A stretch of 64,000 bases of DNA from Octopus vulgaris (Eukaryota), in NCBI GenBank assembly GCA_951406725.2, contig OX597821.1:51584001-51648000 (forward strand), read 5' to 3'. Both the position numbers and the translations under genes were made by a program. Each line of letters opens with the position of its first letter. Position 1 is the stretch's first letter. This document shows positions 41,500-55,389 of this stretch, piece after piece. The notes beneath the pieces were generated by a model that saw only the letters and a program-made list of their open reading frames with translations, searched no databases and had not been told where the DNA came from.

Positions 41500-41770
41500 G
41501 TTAATCGGATTGATTTCACACCCGACATATAGTCCAGACCTAGACCCCTCGTATTATTACTTGTCCCAATACATGGCTCAACCAAGAGGGGATAGAGGCT
41601 TCAGTGAAGGAGTTCTATGCCTCGAAGGACAAGGACCAGTACGAGCGTGGGATCGAAGAACTGAGAGAAAGGTGGCCCCTACTTTGAGTGCTCCGATGTA
41701 TTTGTTGTACCTTGATAAATAAAGCAAATAACTTACCAAAATAATACAAAACGTTTGACCCAACACAATA
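41500..41770 (+). mobile_element. Mariner transposase 3' remnant
   Basis: HPTYSPDLDPSYYYL..EFYASKDKDQYERGIEELRERW. Confidence 0.8.
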
Positions 41771-42332
41771 TATATGTAAGGTATAATACATATGTGTATG
41801 TGTGTGCATGTGTGTGCATGTGTGTGTATATATGTATATATGCATATATACACATATATATATATATATACATACATACATACATACTTACGTTTATTTT
41901 AGTTTGGGCATAAGCCTCATAATGCGCCCAGAATTGAAAATGTTGCTATAACCCTTTGTTTTTGTCCATGGTTGTATTTCTCATAAGCCACACCCACCAG
42001 TAGAGATTAGGGGAGCCAGCTTTTGGAGGCTTTGATTTTTATGCCTCTTTGGCGAGTCGCAGGTCACATCCACCATTGAAATGAAATTATTTGATTCGTG
42101 CAAAATAGTGTGTGCCCTTAAGGTCAGAATATCTGGCTAATAGAAATTTAGTATGCCAGAGAAAACATCCGCACTAGAAATTCAGTGAAGAAAATATTCT
42201 ATGAATAATTATTGAGAGTACTTTAAGATATTATATAAATATGAAAAGTTGCAGGTCAAGTGCAGTGTAGAAACATATGTGATGCATTAATAAAGTCCAT
42301 TAATTTCCATCCCCTTGTTTTCATTATCATTA

Positions 42333-43455
42333 TTATTACCTTCGCCTTATTCTGTTGAGGTCATCAACTTTGCCTTTCATCCTTTCGGGATCGATAAATT
42401 AAGTACTAGTGAAACAGTGGCGTCGATGTAATCGATTATTTCCCTTCCCCAAAATTTTCAGGGCCTTGTGCCTAGAGTAAAGGCGGAGGTATTGTTTTCA
42501 GTCGTGTTTGTTTATTTGCTTGTTTGTTTGTTTGTCCGTAGACAAGATGTCATAAGAATCTCTGGATAGATTCGGATGAAACTTTCAGTGATGTTTGATC
42601 TCGTAACTGGCGCAAAGTGATTAAATTTTGGGATCGATCCGGTACCAGACAAGGATTATGGATTATTTGTTATATTTACTTTACATGAAATATTACGATC
42701 TAACGTTCACTTTCAATTCTCTTTGCTGATTATCTCCCTTGAAAGCACGCTCATAGTTTGCATGTAAGTTATGGTAGCATTGCTGTTGCTACAGTTTTAT
42801 TTTCGTTTCTCTTTTATCAATTTTAGTCGTGTCTCTATTTTAGTTGAAACTGATGGATAAAAAAAATCAAACTAAATAAACAAACGGCAACAAAACCGTT
42901 CAGAAGTTAAATAACTCTCACATATTTAATAACAATAATAAATTTAATTTATCCACGACAATTTTTAGTTTTACCAATTTTGAATATATCGCTCCTGTTT
43001 AAAAGAACTTACCTACCTGCCAATTGCATTTCTAGCTCTGCCTTGAAGGAAGCTTTACTTCTTGGACTCACGTTTTTATGCGAAATGATGTTGTTAAACC
43101 TCTGTTAACAGTACCGTATGCAGAGCCTTTCCGTTTTCTTTCACGCACAGATAAATATTTCAATATAGACCTTCATGGTCGTAAAGATACTATATCAGTG
43201 AATAAATGAAAACAATATGGCCCGCACACCCAATTTCACACTCTATGACTACCATTGGGATCGATCAGGTACCGGACAAGGATTCTGGATTGTTTTCCTG
43301 GTATTTTTCCTTAAAAATTTAGATTCATCTTTAATATTCTCGTTTCTGAAAGCAGCCAAGTTTATTTCAGATATTCTCATTTTTAAAATCATCTCTGACT
43401 AATCATTGAGAGGACATTGGGGAAGGCTTGGCAGAAGTTTCCACTCTCTGCATGC
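42333..43455 (+). mobile_element. Non-autonomous Helentron/HINE-like element with a SINE nested at about 42350-42480
   Basis: Starts ttattaccttcgcc..ggcggaggtattgttttca, contains (GTTT)n and an internal repeat gggatcgatcNggtaccNgacaaggatt, and ends ttggcagaagtttccactctctgcatgc..tt. Confidence 0.6.
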
Positions 43456-43479
43456 TCTTGTTATTATTATTATTATTAC

Positions 43480-43537
<58 letters not shown>

Positions 43538-43556
43538 ATTATTATTATTATTATTA

Positions 43557-43605
<49 letters not shown>

Positions 43606-43627
43606 CATTATTATTAATATTATTATT

Positions 43628-43668
<41 letters not shown>

Positions 43669-43694
43669 TATTATTATTATTATTATGTATGTGG

Positions 43695-43945
43695 AAGTGT
43701 GTGAGTTAGTGTTTAGGGTGTTGGATTCATGATCGTAAGATTGTGGTTTCGATTCCTGGACCGTGCGACATATTGTGTTCTTGACTAAAGCATTTCATTT
43801 CACGTTGCTCCAATCCATCCAGCTGGCAAAAATGAGTAATCCTGCGACGGACCAGCGTCTCGTCCAGGTGGGGGAATATACGCCAGTGAAGCCTGGAAAT
43901 CGGTCCTCATGAGCCTGGCATAGCTCGCGAAGGAAACATTTATCT
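43695..43945 (+). mobile_element. Third-family tRNA-derived SINE copy
   Basis: Homologous to 13666-13905. Confidence 0.8.
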
Positions 43946-44106
43946 TAACATATATATATAAATATACAACAAAAAATAATATTTGTCTCCTTTTACAGAG
44001 ACTAAAGGGTTTATAGGACTGCAAAAGAAGTGCTCAAATCTAGATGTTCTTTTATTATCCGTTTATTTGAATTGACTATATATATATATTCTTTCTATTT
44101 CTGCAG

Positions 44107-44191
44107 AGCCATTCCCACTCTACGCTATTGTAATCTCTGTACTCGGGACACTTCTCGTTATGGTTGCTATTTTGGCCGTTATCTCACACAG
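44107..44191 (+). CDS. Transmembrane exon of the same receptor guanylyl cyclase
   Basis: Acceptor ctttctatttctgcag| and donor |gtaaga. 85 nt, phase 1 to 2. Encodes (Q)PFPLYAIVISVLGTLLVMVAILAVISH(R). Both phases fit the neighbouring exons. Confidence 0.92.
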
Positions 44192-44704
44192 GTAAGACAA
44201 TTTGAATTCTATCAATTTTTAAGTATTTTGTTTTTATCATAACAAAAGAGTAATCCGCAATCCTTTTCAGAAAGTACTCTACAAAATTTTATGGGGCAAT
44301 CCAATGGCACTCCAAAAATATAATCATGATACAACACAACACAGAATGACATAAATTTCACCGTGACCTAGCCAAATTTCAGTATTTTCCAATAGTAAGG
44401 TATATGGATTAGTTTGTTTATCGACCTATAATATCAGAACAACGAAATTTTCACATTAAATGTGACCGAGAGTTATGGTAAATTGATGTAGCTTCTCTAC
44501 ATATTGCTGCCGCTGTCAACTTCATTTCCATCACATCAAATAATTCAATAATCTGATTCGTCATTGTAAACTCATGTTTCCTTACTTTTATTTTTACTCA
44601 TATCCTCATCCATCCTTATACATTTTTCTTTGTGTTTTTGTCACTAGTATTTTTTCTTTATCATCATACATTCTTCTTCTTATTATTATTATTATTATTA
44701 TTAC

Positions 44705-44761
<57 letters not shown>

Positions 44762-45272
44762 CATTCAGTAGTTTTATTTTTATAGCGTGCTTTCACTTCA
44801 CTACCGAGCGCAGCTCTGTGTGCCTTAGGTATGTGCTGTGATTTGTTGTGTTGCTCTGATGGTTATTGTATGGAAAGTGTTTTGCGTAGGAGGTGTGCAG
44901 TTCCTAGTAGTGCAATTTTCTGTATGTTATATGTGTTTGTAAGTCCTGGTGTTTTTGTTATGTATTTGTCTGAATATTTTTTTATCATGCCTAATGCACC
45001 TACTATGATAGGAATTGTTTCTGTTTTAGATTCCACATTCTGGTTACCTCTATTTCCAGGTCTTTGTATTTTGAAAGTTTCTCCATTTCTTTTAGAGACA
45101 CGTTGTCATCTGCCGGTATTGACACATCAATTAGAAAGCATTTTTTTTCTTCATGATCTCTGACAACTATATCTGGTCTGTTGACCTTAATTTCTCTATC
45201 TGTGTGTATCGGCATATCCCAGAGTATGGTTGCTTTCTCGTTTTCTGTGACCTTTTCTGGTGTGTGCCTATA
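44762..45272 (-). mobile_element. R4/Dong LINE 3' end (RLE domain) within (TAA)n
   Basis: TDREIKVNRPDIVVRD..LIDVSIP..EKLSKYKDLEIEVTRMW..PIIVGALG, flanked by TAA repeats. Confidence 0.92.
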
Positions 45273-45539
45273 CTTATTATCATTATTATTACTATGTGTT
45301 TGGATTTTGCATTGTATAAGTTGACACCAAGACTCAATCAGAGATTCGAAGAGACAAGTTAGAGGTGGTTCAAATGGGTATTATGACTAGGATGGTTGAT
45401 AACTGCAATGTTTTTGGATTTGTACAAAGTATTGTTCTAGAGAATGCTTGTCAAAACGTAAGAAAATTAAAAGTATATTTTAAATATAGCTTGGTGATAA
45501 AATGAGAGTGTCATCTTAAGATGACAGTAAAAGTTGGTT

Positions 45540-46930
45540 GCTATTATGTTCATTTAAAATTACTTTTGACAATGTGTTTAAAGATTAAAATGTTTTTGAA
45601 ACTACAGAGACAGTATTTTTTCTAGGATATGAACTGTTCCTGTGAGCATTATTTCTTGAATTTCGTTTGTTTTCGGATTACCTGGAACCTGAAATACGTA
45701 ACAAATCAGACCCTTTTACTATCCTGGGACACATTTGAAAACAAGAATTGTTTTAGTTTTGAGTTGCCGCATTTTGCCAATTTCTGTTTCATGATCTTCA
45801 TACATTCTCGGTTTTTGGTAGGACTTGACAGATACATGTATCGATTACAACACTCGCATCGAGGTAGAAGCATGATTTTTGTCTGAAATTCTTCAATATA
45901 ATGTCTGGTCTATTTGCATCTATCTTTCTGTCAGTTTAAACAGAAAAGTACCATGAGTGAGATATGATCATCTTTAAGCATTGCAGGGGGTTTGTGTTCC
46001 TATAAATATTTATCACAGGGTAGATCCAGATCCTTGCAGATTACCCAGTGAATATACTGTGCGGTTCTATTACAACTGTCGAGATACTCTGAGGGCACAA
46101 GAAAGCTGTAGATGGAGACAATATATTCGATGATTTCAGTTTGTTGCTTGCATACACAGCATATTGGGCTACTGCCGCTCTTTAAGATGTTGGCCTGGTC
46201 TCTCATTTCAAGCCAGTGCATGCAAACCAATGATGTGTAAGGGCTTTCACAATATCAGCATTGTTAGCTATATTTGGGCATTTGCCATTGAGTCGTTTTT
46301 CTCCTAAGAATATTTAAGGCAGCATTTTTAGCAAGAGGTTTCATACGTTTAGCTTTTTGTGTGCTTGTTCCTAGCTCATCTAATTCTTGAACTTGCTGTG
46401 TTTGGAATTCACTTAGCTATATCCGTGTCTTTTTTGTTACCGAATATGAGATTGTTTTGTTTTCGTGCTTTAAGACAAGTTCTAGCTTCCAGTTATCAGA
46501 TTTTATCAGATAAGTGTTTAGGCCGATTGTAGCAAATGTCAGTAACAATGAGTTCACGGCCACTCTTTTTACTCGGAAAGTAATGTCATTCCACATCTGC
46601 CTTGGGGTGGTGCATGCTATTCATTGTCAACAACTTTCGGTATTTTCTATCAAGCTTAAAAATTTCAATATTTGACCAGTTAATAATATTGAAACTGTAA
46701 GTTACAACCGGTATGGCAACATTATTTATTGCTTCGATGCTCTTCCTTGCGAGCTGTCTTGAGATTTGTCTTTACCATGCAATAACATTCTTTTCTGATC
46801 TTTTTCTTCGCCTTCGAGTGTTTTATTTCATCATCTTCATAAACTCCTAAATATTAGTCAAGTTCAACGTTGAATGTTTCAACCAGATTCCCACTGATGA
46901 AGGTAGCATTTGATCCTTTATCGAAGCTGA
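45540..46930 (-). mobile_element. Older, decayed R4/Dong LINE fragment (post-RT, CCHC and RLE)
   Basis: ANILKSGSSPICCVCKQQTEIIEYIVS..EYLDSCNRTAQYIHWVICK..EHKP. Confidence 0.85.
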
Positions 46931-46954
46931 ATATTATTATTATTATTATTATTA

Positions 46955-47225
46955 TTGAGTGAAAGTGCAGTGCATGCCATCAAAGTGACACTGGGGTAAA
47001 ATATACGAAGCTCAGTATACCCATCATGACTACACGTCTTATAAGGGTACACCAGGCACATGCATCACAACATTATGTGCGCGACATGGTGATCTCATAT
47101 CAGATAGGGCCCAGTTAGAATATTTTCAGGTGGGGGCCTAGTTAGAATCTTCATCAGGTCGAGTAGCCCCTCTCAAATGTTCACTGAATGAGGGTTTTTT
47201 AAGGATGATGAATGAAACATCCATG
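46955..47225 (-). mobile_element. Non-coding module associated with Dong fragments (putative 5' region)
   Basis: Highly similar to 56185-56450; flanked by (AAT)n. Confidence 0.6.
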
Positions 47226-47325
47226 TTATTATTATTGTTGTTGTTGTTGCTGTAGTTGTTGTTGTTGTTGTTGCTATCATTATTATTATTATCATTATTA
47301 TTATCATTATTATTATCATTATTAT

Positions 47326-47535
47326 TAAGGCGGCAAGCTGGCAGAATCTTTAGCACGGCAAACAAAATGCTTAGCAGCATTTCGCCTGTCGTTATGTACT
47401 GAGATCAAATTCTACTGAGGTCGACTTGGCCTTTCATCCTTCGTAGTCGATAAAATAAGCATCAGTCAAGCCATTGGGTCGATGTAATCGACTTACCCAC
47501 GCCCCGAAATTTCAGGGTTTGTGCCTATAGTAGAT
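47326..47535 (+). mobile_element. Major SINE family copy
   Basis: aaggcggcaagctggcagaatc..gaggtcgacttggcctttcatcc. Confidence 0.85.
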
Positions 47536-49342
47536 AATTACTTCTGTTGTTATGACTATGCTTTTGAATCGGCAAGACATTTTTCTCGGAGAAAAAGGTT
47601 TTCTTCCTCCTGACTTTGTGTGTAATAATGCATATGAAATCGAGCTCTAAGTGTATACGTCTTTATCTTCTGATCATCGTTGCTTTGTGTGGGCATATTG
47701 AATAAATTCCCACGTATCAAGCCTCAATACGTACAAGCAAATACATGGTTCCCTTCTATATGTAAGAATAAATGTTCCTGCTTAGCTCCAAATCATCGAA
47801 GTTGTATCAGCTATTAAGGAAGCGAAATCATGCCTACACATCGCGTCTAGTAGTTCGTTTAACCCACTTGGAGAGCGGCTCAATACGTTATTACACGCAG
47901 TCTACAGAGGAATTCAACTATGTTTCGAATGCAATTTCCGTTCTAGTGTTCAGAAGCGAGTTAAAAATATATGTGTGTGTATGTGTGTGTGTGTGTGTGT
48001 GTGTGCGTGTGTGTGTGTGTATGTCTGAGTAGCAAAAATTCGTTTGTGTATGTGTATGTATGTTATGTATGTACACATATACATATATAATTTGTAAATA
48101 GTCTATTGGAACTTTAAATTGATTAAGATAGGAAACTGAACAAGAAATATTCGGTATAAATATTTGATAATTATGAATCGGGTTTCAAATCGCAGGTCAC
48201 ATTAAAAATAGGAAAATTCATGCGGTTGCAAATAGCATTAACACTAGAGTTTATTGTAAAATTCTTTAATCTGGTATCTGATCATCGCCATTCACACTTA
48301 TTATTAGATTTAGTAAAATGGCAATTCCTCACTCAAGTTTTCAATCTACCGCAGGGCCTCGTACTATAGTTGTTGGAAAACTTGTATTCAGATTAACATT
48401 CAGTAGAAATGATTATTCAAGGCATAGAACTATATGTCTTCAAGAGAACATGAATAATAATTGAATATTGGTTGAGAAAATCTTGGAATCTTAATAGGAA
48501 TCTCGCCAGTATTGAGTGAAATAATAGGAGATTATCGATTCCTTTCAAAGTCTAATACAGATTATTATGTTTCCTTTTCATTTTCAACAACTTATAAATG
48601 AAATATATCCTTGTGGTGGTGTTATATTAACTTATCTTTGAAACTCCTTGCTGTTCTATATTTCTAATTCACTTTATCACATGGATATTTTCGTTCAAAC
48701 ATAATTAAAAGTGATAAACGTTAAAGAGATCGTATTGGTTGAGCAATTTAGACTAAACATTTGATGTTTTAAAGATAAGTATGCTACAACATAGATATTA
48801 TTAACTGAAATATGAAATATTGTCTGGAACTAAAATTACCAAACTAATTTTTATCAGTATCCGACGGAGCTTGCTTTGAGTCGATGTACAAATATCTCGG
48901 GAATATTGCAAACATATCATATGAAGCTCATTCTTTACTATAAAAGTAAACCTACAAAACATTTCTGTATCTATAACATTTTCTCATGTATTTCTTTGCT
49001 CTTCAAATGAAGGAAATATAATGAATTCATAACGAAATTATAGCGTTTCGTAAGGAGGTTTTACTTGTTCTAATGCACCGAAATTCCAAATTTTTCATGA
49101 AACCCTCTTTGTTGGTGAAGGAAATCATTTAATTGTTGATGTTGGTTCTGAAAATAATGGATTGAAGAATATGTAGATGAGAAAATAAGAACAAAAATAA
49201 GGCGAAGGCAATAGGTCATCAATGGACAGTATGACAATGTGTACATAGACGGACAGTGATTAATGATCATTATTGGTCAGTTCTCATTTATCAACTGTTT
49301 CACTCTAATAAAATATTCTGAATTAATTTTTCTCTTCCCTAG

Positions 49343-49466
49343 GCGCATTAACCTGAAAGCTGAACTAGAGGCAATGACTTGGCGGGTTAAATGGGAAGAC
49401 ATTACATTTGGAACGAGAAAACATAAGCGATTAGATAAAAGTGGCAGCCGAATGAGCTTAAATCGG
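49343..49466 (+). CDS. Intracellular juxtamembrane exon, preceding the kinase-homology domain, of the same receptor guanylyl cyclase
   Basis: Acceptor tttctcttccctag| and donor |gtaatt. 124 nt, phase 2 to 0. Encodes RINLKAELEAMTWRVKWEDITFGTRKHKRLDKSGSRMSLNR, like the NPR1/2 pattern LEKELxxxxWRVRWED...GSRLTLS. Confidence 0.93.
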
Positions 49467-50599
49467 GTAATTATAATATATTGTTACTTCATTATTCTTT
49501 TTATAATGCACCCATTTTTGAGACAAATTTTCAATCTCTTTTGGTTTCTTAATTTTAGTGTTTTCATATATTAAAACTATTGACGATTTTCACTATGTAC
49601 GTATGTATTCCCACATTCACTATTCCTACATGTATTCCCACATCCAGGCTCTTTACCAATGCTCATGTATCCCTATAGATCTGCTATAACCATATCTATA
49701 TTGCTCCTCTCAATGTTGATTTGAAATATTCTCACGTCTCTATAAATCCACTCAAGAAGAAAACTTTATCTTTTACCATATTATTGGAATAATATTTAGA
49801 CTATAATTGTACCCAGCGATTTCCCCTATATTTTATATTGTTCAATGAAAAATATGTTAAATGCACTCTATAAAAATTCTTGTAAAATATAAATATATTT
49901 CAACATTTTAGTCGTGTATCAGACGTACCATACAGGCTATTTCTAATTCTCGAACACTTACATTCCTTGACACCTCTACTCGGCCGTACAACTTTAGTAG
50001 GTAAACATTTTTCGATCTACACCCTCCTTTCTTTTTTAAAAGGTATATGTTGTGTAAGTTGATGTCAAAGCAAAAGAAAATGGAAAAAAAAACGAAGGCT
50101 CACGACAGGAATATCTTTGATCATATATCTAATTAGTCTGGGTTAATCTAAAGTGAAATATGGAAATACTACTGTATTTTGGTAATCTAAGTTAATACAA
50201 TACTGTTTACCCTTTCGTTAGAAACGGTAGATATTGAAAAATATAAGGTTATATGTATAACGTTTTAAATATACACATGTCAAATGAAATTCTTAAGACC
50301 GGAAATCAAACAAAGATTATAAATCCTGATTTCCAGGAGGGTTAACTCTTCCTCTACCATATGTGTGGTGAATATTAACGCTGCTAGCACCTGAAATAAT
50401 TATGAGCAATAAGGGTGCTGAATTATTAACGAAATGTTTTTTATTCAAGATAAGATCCGATTTAAAAAGAGCAAAGAGGTCGTAAAGAAACACTCAATAC
50501 CAGGGTACATTTATTGCACCTTTATAGTTGAGTAGCTTCAATTGTTTTAAAATTGTGAGTTTATTCTGCTTTTTCAAACAAATTTAGCATCGATAATAT

Positions 50600-50925
50600 A
50601 ATCCCCGGTAGTATTCACAAGAATTTATAAAATTCGGATTTAAACCATTTTTTTTTGCCAGTAAAACTAAGCCTATGTACCTGTTACGGGAAAACTTTCA
50701 CTAATAATGCCATGAAAATTGCAGAAGTGGAACAACACCTCAGAAAAGGCTCACTCTGATAAACACGACAAAAATCATTAGATCTTAAGGCACTGGAAAA
50801 GACTATAAAATGGCGAAGTGATTCTTTACAAAAACATTTCTTAATGTAGCAAATAAAGGGAAAAGCACATAACGTTGACGAGGACATTACGATATCAGCT
50901 ATTTAAGATGTAACTGAAAACCGAG
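50600..50925 (+). mobile_element. Decayed hAT (Buster/Charlie, ZBED5-like) transposase N-terminal fragment
   Basis: YSQEFIKFGF..KPMYLL/GKTFTNNAMK..QHLRK..ANKGK.AHNVDEDITISA resembles RQYSxEYLKxGF..PMCLLCxKxFSNEAMKP..IAKxGKPHTIGEELILPA. Confidence 0.7.
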
Positions 50926-51415
50926 CCTATGTAGAAATACATACCTTGAAGTACAAGTAAACTGAATCGACACGTTGATAAAACAGCTGTTAATATAGAG
51001 AAACCTTTAGGGTCGGAGATTCAGTATTGTAAGTTTTCTATTTAACTCGATCAGTCAACATCCATTCGTTGATTCGAATATTTTCATAGTTTGTGTGAAA
51101 TATATTCATAAACAGCAATGTTGACAATATTTTGCCGGTTCACTGACATAAAACTGATAGGAAAATGGGGATAATTTTGTAACTCACAAAATATTATCTC
51201 AAAAAACATTTCATTTTTATCTTCAGAATATTAGTGCCAGAGGCGTTACATTTTGATTTTATGTTAGCAATTTACGTGATAAAGCTCGATAAGTTATCAA
51301 TGTATGTATCAAACTAAGTAAAGATATATGAAATTTGCCGAACTATTGGTCTTTGTGTTTTACAAAGACTGACCAATCGATTGAATGTTAGATTCTAAAT
51401 TAAATGGATTCTCTC

Positions 51416-51465
<50 letters not shown>

Positions 51466-51479
51466 TCTCTCTCTCTCCG

Positions 51480-51525
<46 letters not shown>

Positions 51526-51669
51526 ACGAAATCTATATGTATAACTAAACAGGAAACTGGAAAATGTTTTGGCATTAGGCGTTCGCGCCACATGTTTCAT
51601 TTGCTAATAGGAATCACAAAATTGCACAAACATGTAAGAAATTTCATATTAAAATCTTCAGACAGTAAT

Positions 51670-52871
51670 TCAAATATATATATATAAAACTGAGAATGTG
51701 TGTCTGTCTGTCTGTCTGTCTGTCTGTGTGTTTCCCTAAAACTTGAGAACTGCACAACCAATTTCATTCAAATTTTACAAATGCCTTACTTAGGGTCCGG
51801 GGAGTGTCATCGACAAAAACAAAATTTTAGCTTTTTGCCTAGGGCGAGCACACAGCAATATCATATCTTCTCCAATACGATTCCCTAAAACTTGAGAACT
51901 ACACAACCAATTTCATTCAAACTTTACACATACCTTACTTAGGGTCCATGTAGTCTCATGGGCAAAAGAAAATGTTCAACTTCTTGCCTAGAGCGAGCCC
52001 ATAGCAATATCATATCTTCTCCACTATTTCAGTATTACGTGTTAAAAGTGAAAGAAAAACATTTCTCTATTTTATGTCAGATACTTTCACTTTAACAATA
52101 AAAATAATAATAACAATTGAATTATATGTAGTAAGTAATAATTAAAATCAAACTAAAGTATAATATAATCGTAACATAACAAAAGTAAAAATAGCAATTG
52201 GTATAAAATTGCATCAATGACTTGAACTTGAATAAGTGGTTTCACATGAATGGGAATAAATTAAAAATAAAATTAGCGTGCAGAAATGGAATAGTCCAGA
52301 TGGATAATAAAAAATTAAATTAAAGAAAAGACTATTGTCTATAAAGTATACAATGTAGAGAAAAAAGATTTTGAACGCCTGGAGGAAAGCACCATCGAAA
52401 AGTGTATTGGTAAGACTATGAAAGATATCTAACCAGAGGCGGTAAATTCGCCACAATAGAAGCAAGGTTCGAGTCAACGGAGCGTGCAAGGGAGTACTCG
52501 ATTCGAACATGCAAAGTGGAAATATATTATTTTTACCTTTATGTCTGGGACGTAGGACGTGCCGGAAAAAAATAAAAAATGCCCCTCCCCCGCCAGAAGT
52601 TGAGGTAGGCTGGATTGTAGCCACACTTCTATACAAGAGGGAGCACAAGATACAATTGATCGAAATTGCAAGAGACGGGACGGGCTTACAATTCCAGTCT
52701 GTTATATATTTTAAGCATTGTTATCACTAGCGATATCAAGATATAACTTTGTATTTTATATTTTATGTGTAGATATATATATAGATGTACATGTAATATG
52801 TACACATATATATATACACATATATACATGCAGTAGCACTATGACCCGGCAACGACGAGTCATAATGCTAG
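51670..52871 (+). mobile_element. Non-autonomous Helitron with an internal tandem duplication of about 149 bp
   Basis: 5' tc..atatatataaaa followed by (GTCT)n. 3' hairpin tatgacccggc-aac-gacgagtcata, then CTAG at 52868-52871. Duplicated unit starts ttccctaaaacttgagaact at about 51732 and 51881. Confidence 0.72.
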
Positions 52872-52924
52872 TATATATATATGTATATATGTATGTATAT
52901 ATATACATATATATACATACATAG

Positions 52925-52978
<54 letters not shown>

Positions 52979-53130
52979 ATGAGCAAAATTCGAATGTAAA
53001 CATTCGAAGAAAGATGTTATTATTGTTAATATCTGTGGTGAATATAAGTAATTGATAAAAATAACAATAATAATATAGGTAGTTCCAGGTTTTTAAATAG
53101 CAATATATAGCTATAAATTAAAATTTTAAA

Positions 53131-53450
53131 TTAGCTCTAAGGTTAAGGATGCATAAAGCGTCAAACCTATTTAGAAAGAGGAGCTAGAATCCCAAATCCA
53201 CCACCTGAAGGCACCGAAATATGATAGAGACAACAGTACGCCAGCGAACGGTTAAAGAAATAAAGAATTAAAAATATACCATTCAGGATTATGTCAGTAT
53301 GGAATGTTTTTAGTTGTTTAATTCTTTAACCATTCCATCGCTTACTGTTGTCTTTATCATATTCCGGTTCCTTCAGGTGATGGATTTGAGATTTTGGCTC
53401 CTACTTCTAAACAGGTTTGATGCTTTATGCGTCCTTAAGCTTAGTGCTAA
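53131..53450. repeat. Long fold-back with 152-bp arms and a 16-bp spacer
   Basis: 53131-53282 versus the reverse complement of 53299-53450 is ungapped, with about 24 mismatches by hand count. Confidence 0.92.
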
Positions 53451-53457
53451 TTTTAAA

Positions 53458-53511
<54 letters not shown>

Positions 53512-53542
53512 TATAAGAGTTTGTATGATTGTGTATAGAAGA

Positions 53543-53725
53543 ATATATTAATTCATGACAATTCCAACTTAATCTGATGGCCACGTTTTATTATTCGCAA
53601 TTTTTACAATTCTACTATTTTACATTCCGTGCGTTACGCAGTCATCCTGTTTATGTAGTGACAGTCGTGTTCTAAAAATTGCAATTAATAAAACGTGAAA
53701 ATCGGACTTTGCTGGAATTTCATTG

Positions 53726-53733
<8 letters not shown>
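53543..53733. repeat. Second fold-back (arms of about 65 bp) between (TA)n tracts
   Basis: cacgttttattattcgcaattttta / taaaaattgcaattaataaaacgtg, plus outer attcca / tggaat pairing. Confidence 0.75.
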
Positions 53734-53794
<61 letters not shown>

Positions 53795-55085
53795 TATAAT
53801 GAAGAAAGCTGCTTATTAATTAGATATGTAAGAATTACTAAAAGTACTAAAGCAAAGCAGTTATTAAAGAATGAGCATCTGGAAATATTTTTATAAATCT
53901 ATATTTATAGAAATTTCCTATAATTTCGATTTCTCAAGTTTCTTGAAATTTTTTAACTCCTATTTCTCGCACATCTAAATATTCTTTGTATTCACTGCGC
54001 CCAATTCACAAGTTTAAATATTCATTGCATTCACTGAGGAGTATTCCATTCCCATTTGCAAAGTCTCTCACTTTCTCTTCTAAGTTTCCATTCGCTAGTT
54101 GGAAAACCGACAGTTTATTCTATTAATGTATACTTAATCTATTATTTATTATTCTATTAATGTATGCGTAATTTGTTATTTTTTGAAAGAACATTTTTTA
54201 AATACCCATATAATTTTGGAACGTGGAATAGTTGGGTAATTACTATCAGAAGGCGAAGAGGAAAAAGTTAGCGACAAGTATAAAACTTGCACTTTATCCA
54301 CAGTTTCCAAACACTCTGTGCCACTAAGCCAATATATACACATACAAGTTGTACGAGCGAGTTCAACAGTGACATAGAATAATGTACACAAGTTTTCATC
54401 TACTTAACTCATAATCAAGTATGATTTTGCATCAGAAGGGTATATTTTATGTCTGTGTGAAAAATTAACTTATTTTAAATATAATTTATTTACTTATGGA
54501 GACAAACTGATAAAATCGTTAAGGCACCGGAAAAATTTCTTAGCGGCATTTCTTCCGACTTTACGTTAGAGTTCAAATGCCGCCGGAGTCGACTCTTCCT
54601 TTAATCCTCTCTGGGTCGATAACATATGTACCACTCATGTGGTGTCGCTATAATCGACTTATCCCCTCCCCTTAAATTTCTGGCCTTGTATCAAAATTTA
54701 AAACCAATGTAAACTATTGACCTAGCCTATTTACTGATAAAATTTCATGTTTTAGAATAGTCCTGTACTGAAATATAGAAATTTTGATATGCTAATGCCT
54801 TCAGAAATTGTTTTGCTCTCAAAGAATTTATGGAAATCTAACACATTCAGCATCATAGTAATTTTACCCCTAGTGGTTTTTGGTTGTTATTATCTGGAAG
54901 TATGTATGTATGTATGTATGTATGTATGTATGTATGTATGTATGTATGTATGTATGTATGTATGTATGTATGTATGTATGTATGTATGTATGTATGTATG
55001 TATGTATGTATGTATGTATGTATGTATGTATGTATGTATGTATGTATGTATGCATGTATGCATACATATAACCGTATTTATGTAC

Positions 55086-55117
<32 letters not shown>

Positions 55118-55389
55118 CCTTTTCTACCTTCCATTCTTCACGTTCAATTACGATACTATTGAATTTTCATAATATTTTTAGTTTTTCGTGGAGAGAGATT
55201 GATGGTGGGGACACAATATCAAGAATTTTATATAGTAAAATTGTAAAACTAAAATTCGACAAGAATTTAACAAAATGGTTTCGTAGACCATAGTTATAAT
55301 GATAATAATAATAATAATAATAATGATGATGATGATGATGATAATAATAGTAATAATAATTATTACTATTATTGTTAAACATTTTGTCC

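Noticed and set aside
49070-49270. Minus-strand 66-aa ORF with a hydrophobic stretch, a possible antisense peptide gene
   Set aside because: It has no recognisable motif or splice support, and its length is expected by chance.
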